The position numbers and the translations under genes are program-made. From Mobula hypostoma (taxonomy: Eukaryota), in assembly GCF_963921235.1 (NCBI RefSeq), contig NC_086108.1, positions 71,178,001-71,242,000 of the forward strand: 64,000 nt of DNA. The letters are read 5' to 3'. Of the stretch, positions 40,901 to 50,339 are shown piece by piece (the stretch's first letter is position 1; every line of letters starts with the position of its first letter). The notes beneath the pieces are model-generated. The model did not search any database, was not told where the DNA came from, and was given only the letters and a program-made list of their open reading frames with translations.

Positions 40901-41023
40901 TTAATCTATAACTTCACCACTCCCGGCAGAACAAGCCCATTTGCTTACCGGAGAAAGCATATTTTCAGAGACATTTTGGAAATGTGTTTGCCGAAGAAGC
41001 CTCCGCTCATATTCTTGGTCCAT
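5928..41023 (-). CDS. fzr1: Fizzy-related protein (FZR1/Cdh1 family, APC/C co-activator); 13 coding exons, 494 aa; possibly a second paralog (fzr1-like)
   Basis: Manual splice join(40949-41023,33024-33146,31975-32038,25811-25938,24563-24645,23332-23515,21324-21389,20116-20218,17686-17870,17154-17387,15174-15278,10687-10779,5928-5969) gives 1485 nt, an open frame, consistent phases and GT-AG introns. It begins [12 protein letters not shown], has C-box DRFIPTR and [25 protein letters not shown]40 repeats, and ends LNLFTRIR*. Confidence 0.95.
7185..9702 (+). mobile_element. Decayed Vingi/Ingi-like non-LTR retrotransposon (APE endonuclease C-terminus, RT, CCHC), 5'-truncated and frameshifted
   Basis: Peptides [94 protein letters not shown]. 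No RNase H seen. 3' end gccatatgaaacaacaa. Confidence 0.75.
9910..10210 (-). mobile_element. Full-length tRNA-headed SINE with perfect 14-bp TSD
   Basis: TSD acaagttgaagaat at 9896-9909 and 10211-10224. Minus-strand head gggcacgtggccaagtggttaaggc...gaatttgagccc carries A and B boxes. Confidence 0.85.
10321..10630 (+). mobile_element. tRNA-derived V-SINE (HE1-like)
   Basis: cggtaacatagtggttagc...gttcaattcc head, gtgggttttcgccaggtgctctggtttt...gtaaattgtcc V-domain, A-rich tail. Confidence 0.75.
10687..10779 (-). CDS. fzr1: fzr1 coding exon 12 ([31 protein letters not shown])
   Basis: 93 nt, tag/gtatca. Confidence 0.96.
10934..10964. repeat. (TA)n microsatellite
   Basis: About 15 perfect TA units. 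Confidence 0.95.
11665..12060 (+). mobile_element. CR1 LINE 3' end
   Basis: [14 protein letters not shown]...TRGHSLRI...[11 protein letters not shown] (ORF 11699..11971) plus gatgggccagatggcctaattctgctcct 3' stem. Confidence 0.85.
12446..14980 (-). mobile_element. Penelope-like retroelement (RT plus GIY-YIG endonuclease), frameshifted
   Basis: Minus-strand peptides [54 protein letters not shown], and [30 protein letters not shown] (GIY-YIG-like). Possible 8-bp TSD agatcaca at 12438-12445 and 14981-14988. Confidence 0.88.
15174..15278 (-). CDS. fzr1: fzr1 coding exon 11 ([35 protein letters not shown])
   Basis: 105 nt, cag/gtaagt. Confidence 0.96.
15960..16085 (+). mobile_element. Old Penelope terminal-repeat fragment
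   Basis: cagttccaatgaagggtcctaaacctgaaacattaactg...cagcatctgcag resembles the other terminal repeats. Confidence 0.6.
16245..16640 (-). mobile_element. CR1 LINE 3' end
   Basis: [23 protein letters not shown] in ORF 16311..16493, CR1-type 3'UTR. Confidence 0.75.
17154..17387 (-). CDS. fzr1: fzr1 coding exon 10 ([18 protein letters not shown]...WSKHANEL)
   Basis: 234 nt, within ORF 17142..17447, cag/gtaagc. Confidence 0.96.
17686..17870 (-). CDS. fzr1: fzr1 coding exon 9 ([17 protein letters not shown]...LASGGNDNK)
   Basis: 185 nt, overlaps ORF 17656..17865, cag/gtacct. Confidence 0.96.
18633..19520 (+). mobile_element. Rex1/Babar-clade LINE fragment (RT C-terminal half)
   Basis: [58 protein letters not shown] (ORF 18608..19153). 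Confidence 0.85.
20116..20218 (-). CDS. fzr1: fzr1 coding exon 8 ([34 protein letters not shown])
   Basis: 103 nt, cag/gtgagt, WD and GH motifs. Confidence 0.95.
20305..20490 (-). mobile_element. Degenerate V-SINE
   Basis: ggcaaattgcagtggcc...gggatgtttggtaggaaagtggagca resembles the reverse V-domain. Confidence 0.5.
21324..21389 (-). CDS. fzr1: fzr1 coding exon 7 ([22 protein letters not shown])
   Basis: 66 nt, tag/gtgcgt. Confidence 0.94.
22400..22900 (+). mobile_element. Rex/Babar LINE 3' fragment
   Basis: [25 protein letters not shown]...NNYF (ORF 22397..22693). Confidence 0.7.
23332..23515 (-). CDS. fzr1: fzr1 coding exon 6 ([10 protein letters not shown]...WSACTSQ)
   Basis: 184 nt, within ORF 23140..23523; KLLR motif and start of WD40; cag/gtaagg. 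Confidence 0.96.
24563..24645 (-). CDS. fzr1: fzr1 coding exon 5 ([28 protein letters not shown])
   Basis: 83 nt, cag/gtgggt, conserved [12 protein letters not shown]. Confidence 0.93.
25305..25395 (-). mobile_element. Penelope terminal-repeat fragment with hammerhead core
   Basis: gcaacacacacaaaatgctggaggaa on the plus strand; minus strand reads CTGATGAagggtctcagcctGAAAtgtc. Confidence 0.7.
25811..25938 (-). CDS. fzr1: fzr1 coding exon 4 ([43 protein letters not shown])
   Basis: 128 nt, cag/gtaagc, conserved [11 protein letters not shown] motif. Confidence 0.93.
26200..27110 (-). mobile_element. Rex/Babar LINE fragment
   Basis: [58 protein letters not shown]. Confidence 0.8.
27570..27800 (-). 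mobile_element. V-SINE
   Basis: gtgggaggaaacaagagtgccc...cgtacaaactccttacag...aattgaacc...ctaaccactacactacc. Confidence 0.65.
27893..29630 (-). mobile_element. CR1 LINE (RT region to 3' end), decayed
   Basis: [30 protein letters not shown] (ORF 28244..28447), [10 protein letters not shown] at about 28850-28885. Confidence 0.88.
31975..32038 (-). CDS. fzr1: fzr1 coding exon 3 ([21 protein letters not shown])
   Basis: 64 nt, cag/gtacag, similar to ENEKSPSQNRKAKD of FZR1. Confidence 0.9.
33024..33146 (-). CDS. fzr1: fzr1 coding exon 2 ([41 protein letters not shown]), contains the C-box
   Basis: Acceptor aaacag, donor gtaaga, 123 nt, DRFIPxR C-box. Confidence 0.92.
33555..33765. mobile_element. 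Old fold-back Penelope-terminus-like element with hammerhead core
   Basis: caaaatgctggagatactcaacaggtcag arm, then CTGATGAagcatcattgatgtGAAAc at 33654-33679, then cctgacctgct arm. Confidence 0.55.
34250..34545 (-). mobile_element. CR1 LINE 3' end, old
   Basis: Similar to the other minus-strand CR1 tails (ccatatccctctatttc...cattccagatgcctatcattccctgtgtgaaaaa). Confidence 0.6.
35160..35380 (-). mobile_element. CR1 LINE 3' end
   Basis: [14 protein letters not shown]...FKAEVDRFL (ORF 35217..35429). Confidence 0.8.
35665..36060 (+). mobile_element. Rex/Babar LINE 3' end
   Basis: [11 protein letters not shown]...[22 protein letters not shown]...[15 protein letters not shown], aataaagtcaatt tail. 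Confidence 0.85.
37490..37725 (+). mobile_element. Probable RTE-clade LINE 5' leader fragment
   Basis: ggacctccaggctgggggccaggcacagggctaacaaccctgccc...aaaacaaagcatattacagaaa resembles RTE 5'UTR motifs as I recall them. Confidence 0.45.
37795..38515 (-). mobile_element. Rex/Babar LINE 3' fragment
   Basis: Starts with an (atcaga)-type tail; reverse complement of 18990-19520. Confidence 0.8.
38600..38945 (-). mobile_element. CR1 RT fragment
   Basis: [12 protein letters not shown] in ORF 38663..38854. Confidence 0.55.
40130..40800 (-). mobile_element. CR1 LINE 3' fragment
   Basis: [27 protein letters not shown] (ORF 40465..40647). Confidence 0.85.
40949..41023 (-). CDS. fzr1: fzr1 coding exon 1 ([25 protein letters not shown])
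   Basis: ATG at 41023 in strong context (attATGG), in-frame TAG upstream, donor gtaagc. Likely exon acceptor is tttctctccttcag ending at 41157, so 5'UTR part is 41024-41156. Confidence 0.92.
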
Positions 41024-41544
41024 AATTCTCCAGGATACACACGACTGCAGGAGTTGAGTAGGGAAGCAGTAGCAACGCAGTAGTTAACACCGTCAGCCAG
41101 AGCCAGTTAAGGATATAAACTCCCATTCACCCCGCCGCCTTTGCTAATTTGCATTCCTGAAGGAGAGAAAAACATTTATGCATCTAAGATATTAAGATCT
41201 TCAGAAACAAAGATATTGATACTGACATAAAACTGTTACCCTTCACAATGTCCAGCTTGTCTGAAAATCAGAGATCCTGCTCTTTATGAGGTAGCGTGTG
41301 TGAAAACAAGATGATGTAATAGAACAACACAGAAAGCTTTATCATTGATACTCAACGTAACATTGTGTGCTTTGATACAAAAAGCTGTGGGACTAGTGTA
41401 GAGCTCCAGTTGCTACACAAATGATGGTACGTGGTTGTATCCAGGGCGTGACCCTGTAATTCTGCAAAATCGGTTACAATTACATGCCTCAAAATGCTCT
41501 TCTGTCTCACCTAGTTTCCTTGGCTCATTTCCTTCACCAGCAAT

Positions 41545-41845
41545 GTTCTCAGCCTCAAGGGAATCGTTTATGCAACAATGGCAAAGGTAAAAGGTAGGAT
41601 TGTTAAGAAGATGTATGGTGTGTTGGCCGTGGTTAGTGAAGAGATTGAGTTCGAGAGATTACGATGCAGATCTATAAAACTCTGGTTAGGCCACACTTGA
41701 AACACTGTGTCCAGTTCTGGTTGCCTCTTTATAGGAAGGTTGTGGAAACCGGCAGGTCCTGCTGAAGGGTCTCGGCCCGAAATGTTGACTGTACTCTTTT
41801 CCATAGATGCTGCCTGAGTTCTGCCAGCATTTTGTGTGTGTCCTT
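41545..41845 (+). mobile_element. CR1 fragment (41545-41750) followed by a Penelope terminal repeat (41750-41845)
   Basis: YKTLVRPHLKHCVQFWLP in the CR1 part, then gtcCTGCTGAagggtctcggcccGAAAtgttgactg. Confidence 0.7.
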
Positions 41846-42224
41846 CAGTACTACACTGAGGGTGACTATTCAATAGAAACCAGTTGCCTGCTTTCAAACC
41901 CCGAATATCTGAACTTCTGTTTACTATAAATGTATTATTTATTTAGCATCCTTTACATCCATAGAAAATCCTTAAAATAACTTCATGGCCAATGAACGAC
42001 AACAAGAGTCCATGAAAAGCAAATGGATCCATGACTTGATGGCCTACTGTGGTGGCATTTATTGAAGGCAAATGTCGCCAAGGCACAGAAAATTCTGGGA
42101 ACCTTTTACATCCACTTTAGCAATAAACTAGAATGTCATCTCAACTGGTAGACAACATCATTAAGAAATCTGCCTTCTATGCTCCACTGATGTTGGCCTC
42201 GAATCCAGGTACAAACCCAACAAG

Positions 42225-42500
42225 TGCGACAGGGCAGTGCAGTAGTCGTTGTAATACTTTACAGTGCCAGCGACCCCGGTTCAGTTTTGCCACTGTCTGT
42301 AAGGGGATTGTATGTTCTCTCTGTGACCACGTGCGTTTTCTTTGGGTGTAACAGTTCCCTCCCACATTCCAAAGGATAGGGTTAGTAAGTTGTGGGGATG
42401 CTGTGTCAGCGCTGGAAGCAAGGCAACAGGGGCAGGATGCCCCCAGCACATCCTCCACGTTGGTCATTGACACAGATTATGTATTTGACAAATAAAACCG
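42225..42500 (+). mobile_element. V-SINE variant
   Basis: tRNA-like head, V-domain gttccctcccacattccaaag, aataaa tail. Same family as 58640-58935 on the minus strand. Confidence 0.6.
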
Positions 42501-44145
42501 ATATTCAATGCTGCTTGAGGACTTAACCTCTGACTCAACCAGAACCTGTCAGGGGGAATAAGTGGTTTCTGTATTAGTGCCGTAAACCTCAAGGTCCAGT
42601 CTTTCACAAATGCGAAACTAAACTTCCTAATTGACTACTAAAGCACAGAAGCCTGTGGGCAAAGTGGTGGTAAATGGGCTTTGTATAAATAAGTCCACAA
42701 TAGCTGGTATGGACAGGCTGGGTCAAAGGGCATGGTTCTGTGTGAAAGGTTTAAAAAACATGCATTAAATGCAGACAAATGAGACTAGCTTGAATGGGCA
42801 TCTTGTTCAACATTGCCCTTCTGAATATATTCAGAAAACAGCACACATGGAACAGCTACATAGCGAAAGCCCAAGCACCAGCTCATAGTTTCAATGTAAA
42901 GAACCACAACGGCCACAGATTGCATGCAGTTTGTAAGGACTAATTTTTGTACTTTGCTACAAGCTTTGCCCATAAATAGAGCAGTAGATCCACCACTCTT
43001 CAGCAAACACTGGCTTCAGTTTTGCTGAAAGGAGGTATGTACAAATGCCATGTACGTACATATACATACACCAGATGAAACTACATTCAAAAGAAATTTG
43101 TGATACTCAGTCTCATTTGGTTTGAGGTGTTTCTTCCTGGTGTACCTGGATCTTCACCTTCAAGGTGGAAATCATGACTCATGTTCAGGCCACTCCTGTG
43201 TTGGTATTTACCTTCTGTACAAGAAAAACCCATGATCTTATAAACTTGCCTTTATCCCCTTCTGTTCAACCTATTTGACTTGATAATAGCCAAGGCCTCT
43301 ACTTCAATTCACAAATTTCACTATGTTGCAATTCCAGGCCTCACCACTCTGGGAGCTTCCCTAATCCTCGGATCCTCAAGACTAGACAGGATCATGTGCT
43401 CTATTCTGCGCATTCTTGCAAAGTTAAAAGATTTTACCTATTACATCTTATTCCTCTTTTCAACTGGAATGCAATCCCAAGTTTTCTGCCTTTTTAGCTC
43501 TTCGAACAAGACAGCCTCGTTGAGCCTGTTACTTGCTCAACATTATTCTGATGATCTAGAGCCCATTTCTCCATAATTAAACTATGTCCCATCAAAGAGT
43601 GCATAATATTACAGATGCCATTTAACCAAAGTACCAACAATTATACTAAGCATCTATTTCAGATTTTGTTCTTATCGATATCCTTTCCTTTCACCACCTT
43701 TCTTCTTGCAAGGTTAACCTTGCTCCATCAGGAATAATTTGGTCAGCTGACTATTCTTGGTAAAGAAGTCCCATTAATGACAAGAGGGAATTCCTGAAGC
43801 CAAGACAAATACGGGAACAAGCTAATATGCTGGAACATGCTGATGTTAAAAAAGACGATGCACAGGAACTTTTGAAAAATATTAGGATAGGTAAGTCCCC
43901 AGGGCCAGACAGGATATACCTCAGTTACTATGATAAGTGAGAGAACAGATCGCTGTGCCTTCGGCAATGATCTTTGCATCCTAACTGGACGTGGGAGTAT
44001 CACAAGAAGATTGGAGGGTGGCAAATGTTATTTCTTTGTTCAAGAATGGTAATAGGCATAACCCTTGGAATTGTAGACCAGTGAGCCCCACATCAATGGT
44101 GGGAAAACTACTGGAGAGGATTCTTAGAGATAGGATTTACGAGCA

Positions 44146-45475
44146 ACACACACAAAATGTTGGAGAACTTAGCAGGTCGGGCAGCATCTATGGAAATGTA
44201 TAAACAGTCAACGTTTCAGGCCAATACTCTTCATCTGGACTGGAAAGGAAAGGGGGAAGATACCAGAATAAGAAGGTGGGGGGAGGGGAAGGAGGACAAG
44301 CTAGAACTAGATAGGTGAGGCCAGGTGCGTGTGGGAGGGGGAGGGATGAGGTAAGAAGCTGGGAGGTGATAGGTGGAAAAGGTAAAGGGCTGGAGAAGAA
44401 GGAATCTGATAGGAGAGGAGAGTGGACCATGGGAAAAAGGGAAGGAGGAGGAGCACAAGGGGGAGGTGATAGGCAAGTGAGGAAAAGCGGTAACAGGTGA
44501 GAGTGGGAAACTGAAGAAGCTAGAAGGGGCCAGGTAAAATACTGATCATGCCATCAAGTTGGAGGTTACCTTGATGGAATATGAGGTTTGCTCCTCCAAC
44601 CTGAAGGTGGCAGAAGAGGCGGCCATGGATTGACATGTCAGAACAGGAGACTGTGATCCCTGTAGAAAGCAGAGAGTTGGGGTGGGGGGCTCTCTCTGTA
44701 ATTTCCTTGCCCATTCATCCTTCCTGGCATTTATCACTGCAAGTGGAAGAAGGGCTACAACTACCCATTCACTTCCTCCCTCACCTCTATTCAAGGCCCC
44801 AAACAGTCCTTCCAGGTGAGGCAGCACTTCGCCTGCAAATCTGTTGTGATTGTCTACCGTATCCAGTGCTCCTGATGCAGCCCCCTCTACATTGTTGAGA
44901 CTCAACATAGATTGAGGTCTGCTCTGTTGATCACTTCCTGCAAAAAGTGGGATTTCCCAACGGCCAACCATTTTAATTTCAATCCCCATTTCTGTTCTGA
45001 CATGTCGGTCAACGGCCTCCTCTTCTGCCACAATGAGGCCACTCTCAGGTTGGAGGAGCAAAACCTCATATTCCGTCTGGATAGCCTCCAAGCTGATGCA
45101 TGAATATTGATTTCTCAACTTCTGTTAATTTTTTTCCCTTCCCACTTCTACCTTCTTCAATTCTTCATTTTCACCTCTTCTCCTATCACCTCCCTCTGGT
45201 GTCCCTCCTCTTTTCTTTTCTCCCACAGTCCATTCTCCTCTCCTATCAGATGCCTTCTTCTCCAGTCTTCACCCAACACCTTCCAGCTTGTCCTTCTCCT
45301 CTTCTCCCACCTTACTCTAGCATCTTCCCCCTTCCTTTTCAGTCCTAATGCACAATCTCTGTCTGAAATGTCAACTGTTTATCCATTTCCACAGATGCTG
45401 TTGGACCTACTGAGTTCCTCCAGCATTTTGTGCGTGTGGCTCTGGATTTCTAGCATGTACAGAATCTCGTCTGTT
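44146..45475. mobile_element. Penelope-like insertion with inverted architecture (minus part 44146-44640, plus part about 44690-45475)
   Basis: 15-bp TSD taggatttacgagca (44131-44145) and taggatttatgagca (45476-45490). Terminal repeats point outward at both ends, with a GIY-YIG remnant inside. Confidence 0.85.
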
Positions 45476-46246
45476 TAGGATTTATGAGCATCTGGATAAG
45501 CACAGTCTGATGAGGGACAGTTTGCATGTCTTTGTGCGGGGCAGGTCATGTCTCAGGAGCCCAAATGAATTCTTTGAGGAAGTGAGAAAACAACTTGAAG
45601 GTGGAGCAGTGGATGTGGGGTATATGGATTTTAGTAAGAAGCTTGATAAGATTCCCCATGGTAAGCTAATTCAGAAAATCAGGACTCATGGGATCCTGGA
45701 ATACTTGGTTGCGTGGAATTCAGAATTGCCTTGTCCACAGAAGGCAGAGGGACGGAGTGTATTCTGCCTAGAGATCAATGGCCAGTGGTGTTTCACAGGG
45801 ATCAGTTCTGGGACCCAAGCTCTTTGTGATTTTTATGAATGACTTGGATGAGGAAATGGAAGGGTAGGTTAGAAAGTTTGTAGATGACAAGACTGGTGGT
45901 GTTGTGGATAGTTTCGAAGTTATAACTTTCTACAAGTTTCAACAGGACATCGATAGGATGCAGAGCTGGACTGAGAAATGGCAGATGGAGTTCAATGTGG
46001 AAAATGGTGAAGTAATAAACTTTGGAAGGTCAGACTTCAAGGCAGAGTACAAGGTTAATGGTAGGATTCTTAGCAGTATGGATGAACAAAGGGATCTTGG
46101 GGTGCATGTCACAAAGTTGCTGCACAAGTTGATAGGGGGTTAAGAAAGTATATGATGTGTTGCCCCTCTTTAGTTGGAGGACTGAGATTAAAAGCTGTGA
46201 GGTAAAGTTACAGCTCCATAAAACCAGTTATATCACATTTGGAGTA

Positions 46247-47969
46247 CAGGTGTCCCCCGCTTTTCGAACGTTCACTTTACGAAACCTCACTGTTATGAAA
46301 GACCTACATTAGTACCCTGACAACACGCTGGAGGAACTCAGCAGGTCGGGCAGCATCCATGGAAACGTCGACTCATCGTTTCCACGGATTCTGCCCGACC
46401 TGCTGAGTTCCTCCAGCGTGTTGTGAATGTTGCTTTGACCCCAGCATCTGCAGATTATTTTGTGTTTACATTAGTACCCTGTTTTCGCTTTCAGAAGGTG
46501 TTTTCACTGTTACGAAAAAAAATTCAGTGCGCGATAAAAGGCAGCGCGCCCCGAGCAGCCGCTCTCCCCCGGATTCGGAACGGCTTTGCTTTAACACGTG
46601 CCTGTGAGCAGCTGTTTGCAAGATGAGTTCTATGGTATCGGAAAAGCCTGAAAGAGCTCATAAGGGTGTTACACTTACGGTAAAACTAGACATAATTAAG
46701 TGTTTTGATCGTGGTGAATGAAGTAAGGACAACGTGAGTTTGGCTTGTGGAAGCTGACGAACATCATGTTGAAGAGGTTTTGGCATCCCATTACCAAGAA
46801 CTGCCAGATGAAGAGCTGATGCAATTGGAAGAAAAAAGTATAACAATCGAAACCGAATGAGTAATGATAAAGTACGACTTTAATCTTGAAAGGGTACGTC
46901 GGTTTAGGGGATATTTGCAGGATGGTTTGAGTCCTTATTAAAGAACTGTGTGATAGAAAAATGCGCGAGGCTCAGCAGTCAAGCAAGCCTTCCACATCAG
47001 CCACAGCAGACGACGAACCTCGACCTTCGACATCGAGGCGGGCAGAGATAGAAGATGAGCTGCCTGCTCTAATGGAAACAGGCGACGAGATGACACCCCG
47101 GTGTCCCACCACCCCAACCCCCAGGCCATGGACAGATACCGATTTGCGGAGAATGCAAAGGTAGCTGGGAGGTACACAGCACATCTTTAAGAAAAAAGCC
47201 AAAATAAAAATGCTAATTAATTAGGTGCCGCCAACATGTAATTGTCGGCCCAGATCAGAGACGACGCAATCGGAAATCGGCACTGATCTGGGCCGACAAT
47301 TATGGGCGGCACCTAATTAATTAGCATATTTGTTTCGGCTTTTTTCTTAAAGATGTGCTGTGTGCCTCCTGGCTACCGCTGCACCCCTGCGTTCTTCGCG
47401 GTAATGTATCGCTCAGCGGGTAGGAGGGTGGGGGCCACTGCACCATCCCAGCCTGCGACGACTCAGTCTAACACACCACCATCAGTGTACTCTGCGCTGT
47501 CTTCCCAATTCCAGTAAGTGATACTACACTGTACATACATTATTTCTACTTTATATATGCTGTGTATTTTTATGTGTTATTTGGTATGATTTGGCAGCTT
47601 CATAACTTAAAGGTTACTGGAGAGCGCTTGCGCGTGTTTCTGCTGAGAGTGCTTGCATGAGATTTTCTGCCGACGGCGCCTGCGTGCAATTTTTGCTACG
47701 GAGAGCAGTGCAGTAATGATTGTGGAAAAGTATTTCTACTTTATATAGTCTGTGTATTTATCATATCATTCCTGCTTTTACTATGTGTTACTGTTATTTT
47801 AGGTTTTATGTGTTGTTTGGTATGATTTGGTAGGTTATTTTTGGGTCTGCGAATGCTCACAAAATTTTCCCATATAAATAAATGGTAATTGCTTTTTCGC
47901 TTTACGACATTTTGGCTTGCGAACCGTTTCATAGGAACGCCCTACCTTCGGATGGCAGGGAGAAACCTG
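46247..47969 (+). mobile_element. Tigger/pogo-like (Tc1-mariner) non-autonomous DNA transposon
   Basis: TA TSD (46245-46246, 47970-47971), imperfect TIRs caggtgtcccccgc / gcagggagaaacctg, transposase remnants KGVTLTVKLDIIKCFDRGE (CENP-B-like HTH) and EEVLASHYQELPDEELMQLEE. Confidence 0.82.
46320..46466. mobile_element. Short fold-back Penelope-terminus element nested in the Tigger-like element
   Basis: 15-bp TSD tacattagtaccctg at 46305-46319 and 46467-46481; about 45-bp inverted arms around GAAACGTCGACTC. Confidence 0.88.
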
Positions 47970-49849
47970 TATTGGGTTCAGTTTAGGTCACCTCATCATA
48001 GGAAGGACGTAGAAGCTTTAGAGAGTGTGCAGGGGAGATTTACCATGCTGCCTGGATTAGAGATTACATATTTTAAGGGGAGGTTGAGTGAGCTAGGGCT
48101 ATTCTCTTTCGAGGAAGGATGATGTGAGGAGACTTGATAGAGGTGCACAAGATGATAAAAGGCATAAATAGAGTGGGCAGCCTGAGATTTTTACCCAGAA
48201 TGGAAATGGCTAATATGAGGAGGCATGATTTTATGGTGATTGGAGGAAAGTATAGAGGGGGCAAGTCAGAAGTACATGGAGTGTGGTAGAGGCATGGAAT
48301 GCAATGCCGGGGGTGGTGGTAGAGGCAGACAGATTAGGAACATTTAAGAGGCTTTTAGATAGGCACATGGATGAAAGGGCTACGATGGAGGACAGGGTTA
48401 GGTTGATTTTAAGAGTATGTTAAAAGGTTGGCACAACATTGTGGGCCAGAAGGCCTGTATTGTGCTGTTCTGTTCTGTACAAATCAAGCTTACAACAATT
48501 TAAATAAGCTTTACTCATTAAAAGAATAATGTAATCAGCTGGATCTTGTCAGAGCAAAATCACTATAGATTAACAAATCTCTCATTTAGCAAATTGTAAA
48601 TTTACTGCAACTTTGATCATGAATTGCATGTCAAGAAGACAATCCATAACCTGTACCAAACATAATCTTCACCTGTCCTGCAGTAGGTAAGTGATGAGAG
48701 ACTGGGTAACTCAGTTGCGAGGCCAGATACATACATGTAAAAGATATGATGAATCAGTATATTAAATTTTATTAAAAAATGTTTGGCATTGACCCTGTGG
48801 CCAAACAAAGCTCATAATCTAGAAAAAAATCCAAATTGCTGGATTATAGAAAGGACAGAAGTGCTTTTATTGGTAAAGAAAATAACATGAATAGTGTCCT
48901 AAAACCTGAATTACTAGATCTTTAGGAGAACAGAATCAATTTAAATGAAGGGAAGATGATGACTAGTTAAACTTACTTATAATGCCAATTATACAATTGT
49001 AGTTAAGCACAAAGTGATATAAAATCTAATTCAATTTTCAATAGCAATTTCAAATTTTTATTCCCAGTCTTTTTCTTGTCACATTACTTGGATTAATTTG
49101 CTAAAACATCAACACTTAGAGTGAAGTACAAGCGGCTTGTTTGAATGTTGCTACCAGAATAAAGGTTAACCAGAGTATTAGCATCAAATTCAGCATCTAC
49201 AAATAATGTATAAAACAACAGTCTAAACCTACTCTAGAAATACCCAATATTCTCATCATAAAATTATTACTTACTATAAAAGGCAATGGTACCTCTATCC
49301 TCTTGTATGTAGCTGGCTTCTCAATCCTGATCTATTGTATACAATGGGATGCATAATTCAAATCAATATGGCAAAGATGAAATTCCATTGTCTTACTATA
49401 ACATTTCATATCTAGCAATTAAACATCAATCAGAAATGGGAAAGAACCATTTAGATTACCAGGCCTACTTCCACACCATATGTACAGTATACTCTTGATT
49501 CCAATTCTCTGCCATGAATAGAATTTAAATCCTTTTTTAAAAAAAATTGACATTACCATAAGTATATCTCCAATATATTTCTATTTTTAGAATTAAATCA
49601 TGAGCAATTACAGGATAGTGTTCCAATTTTATAATTTACTACATTGCAAATCTATGAAAAAACTAAACACCTTGTACTGATTTCCCCATAAAACCTTACT
49701 ACAAACTTCAATACCATTCCTAAATGGGCAGTAATCTTGCCTTTTCTGTACATAGTCAGTTGAAGAAACGGGTTTGATGGCATAAATACTTGCATTCTAC
49801 ATTTATTTTTACAGATGTAACAAAAAGGCAAATAAGGTATATTACTTTA

Positions 49850-50120
49850 GTATTTATGTATTGAGACAGTACGGAATAGGCCCACTGAGCCACGCTGTCC
49901 AGCACCCCCCGATTTAACCCTTGCCTAATTGTGCGACAATTTACAATGACCAATTAACCTACCAGCTGGTCTTTGGACTGTGGGAGGAAACCAGAGCACC
50001 CGGAGGAAATCATGTGATCAAGGGGAGAATGTACAAATTCTTTACCGACAGTGGTGAGAATTGAACCTGGGTCGCTGGTACTGTAAAGTGTTCTGCTAGC
50101 CACTATGCTGCCATGCTATT
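49850..50120 (-). mobile_element. V-SINE (HE1-like)
   Basis: ctttggactgtgggaggaaaccagagcacccggaggaaa V-domain plus tRNA-like head. Confidence 0.8.
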
Positions 50121-50339
50121 TAGGGAGGGGGTAATCTTTTTAAAGTCAGTTTCATTTGACATTTTAAAATTGGGCCCACATGTCAAATCTTTGTAAATCA
50201 AAGTAACAACAAATATAATATTCTATTGTCTCACTAGTTGTTGAGCTTGGATGATGCAATGGACTTCCACTCTGACTGGTTGCCACTCATTATCTAAGCA
50301 GTTGCATATAATTTGTTATTTATGTACATGATTTGGTTG

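Larger units (their letters stand above)
43860..48480 (+). mobile_element. CR1 LINE interrupted by a Penelope element (44146-45475) and a Tigger-like transposon (46247-47969)
   Basis: The frame continues across both insertions: EDWRVANVISLFK...LLERILRDRIYEH|L, then GRSCL, DFSK, WQMEFNV, HLEY|WVQFRSPHHRKDVEALE. Confidence 0.88.

Noticed and set aside
5928..41023. Calling the gene CDC20 or a pseudogene
   Set aside because: [38 protein letters not shown] and the LFTRIR tail are Cdh1/FZR1-type. All 13 exons are in frame with canonical splice sites.
41024..41156. N-terminal extension of FZR1 from an upstream exon
   Set aside because: An in-frame TAG lies within the first 13 nt after the acceptor at 41157.
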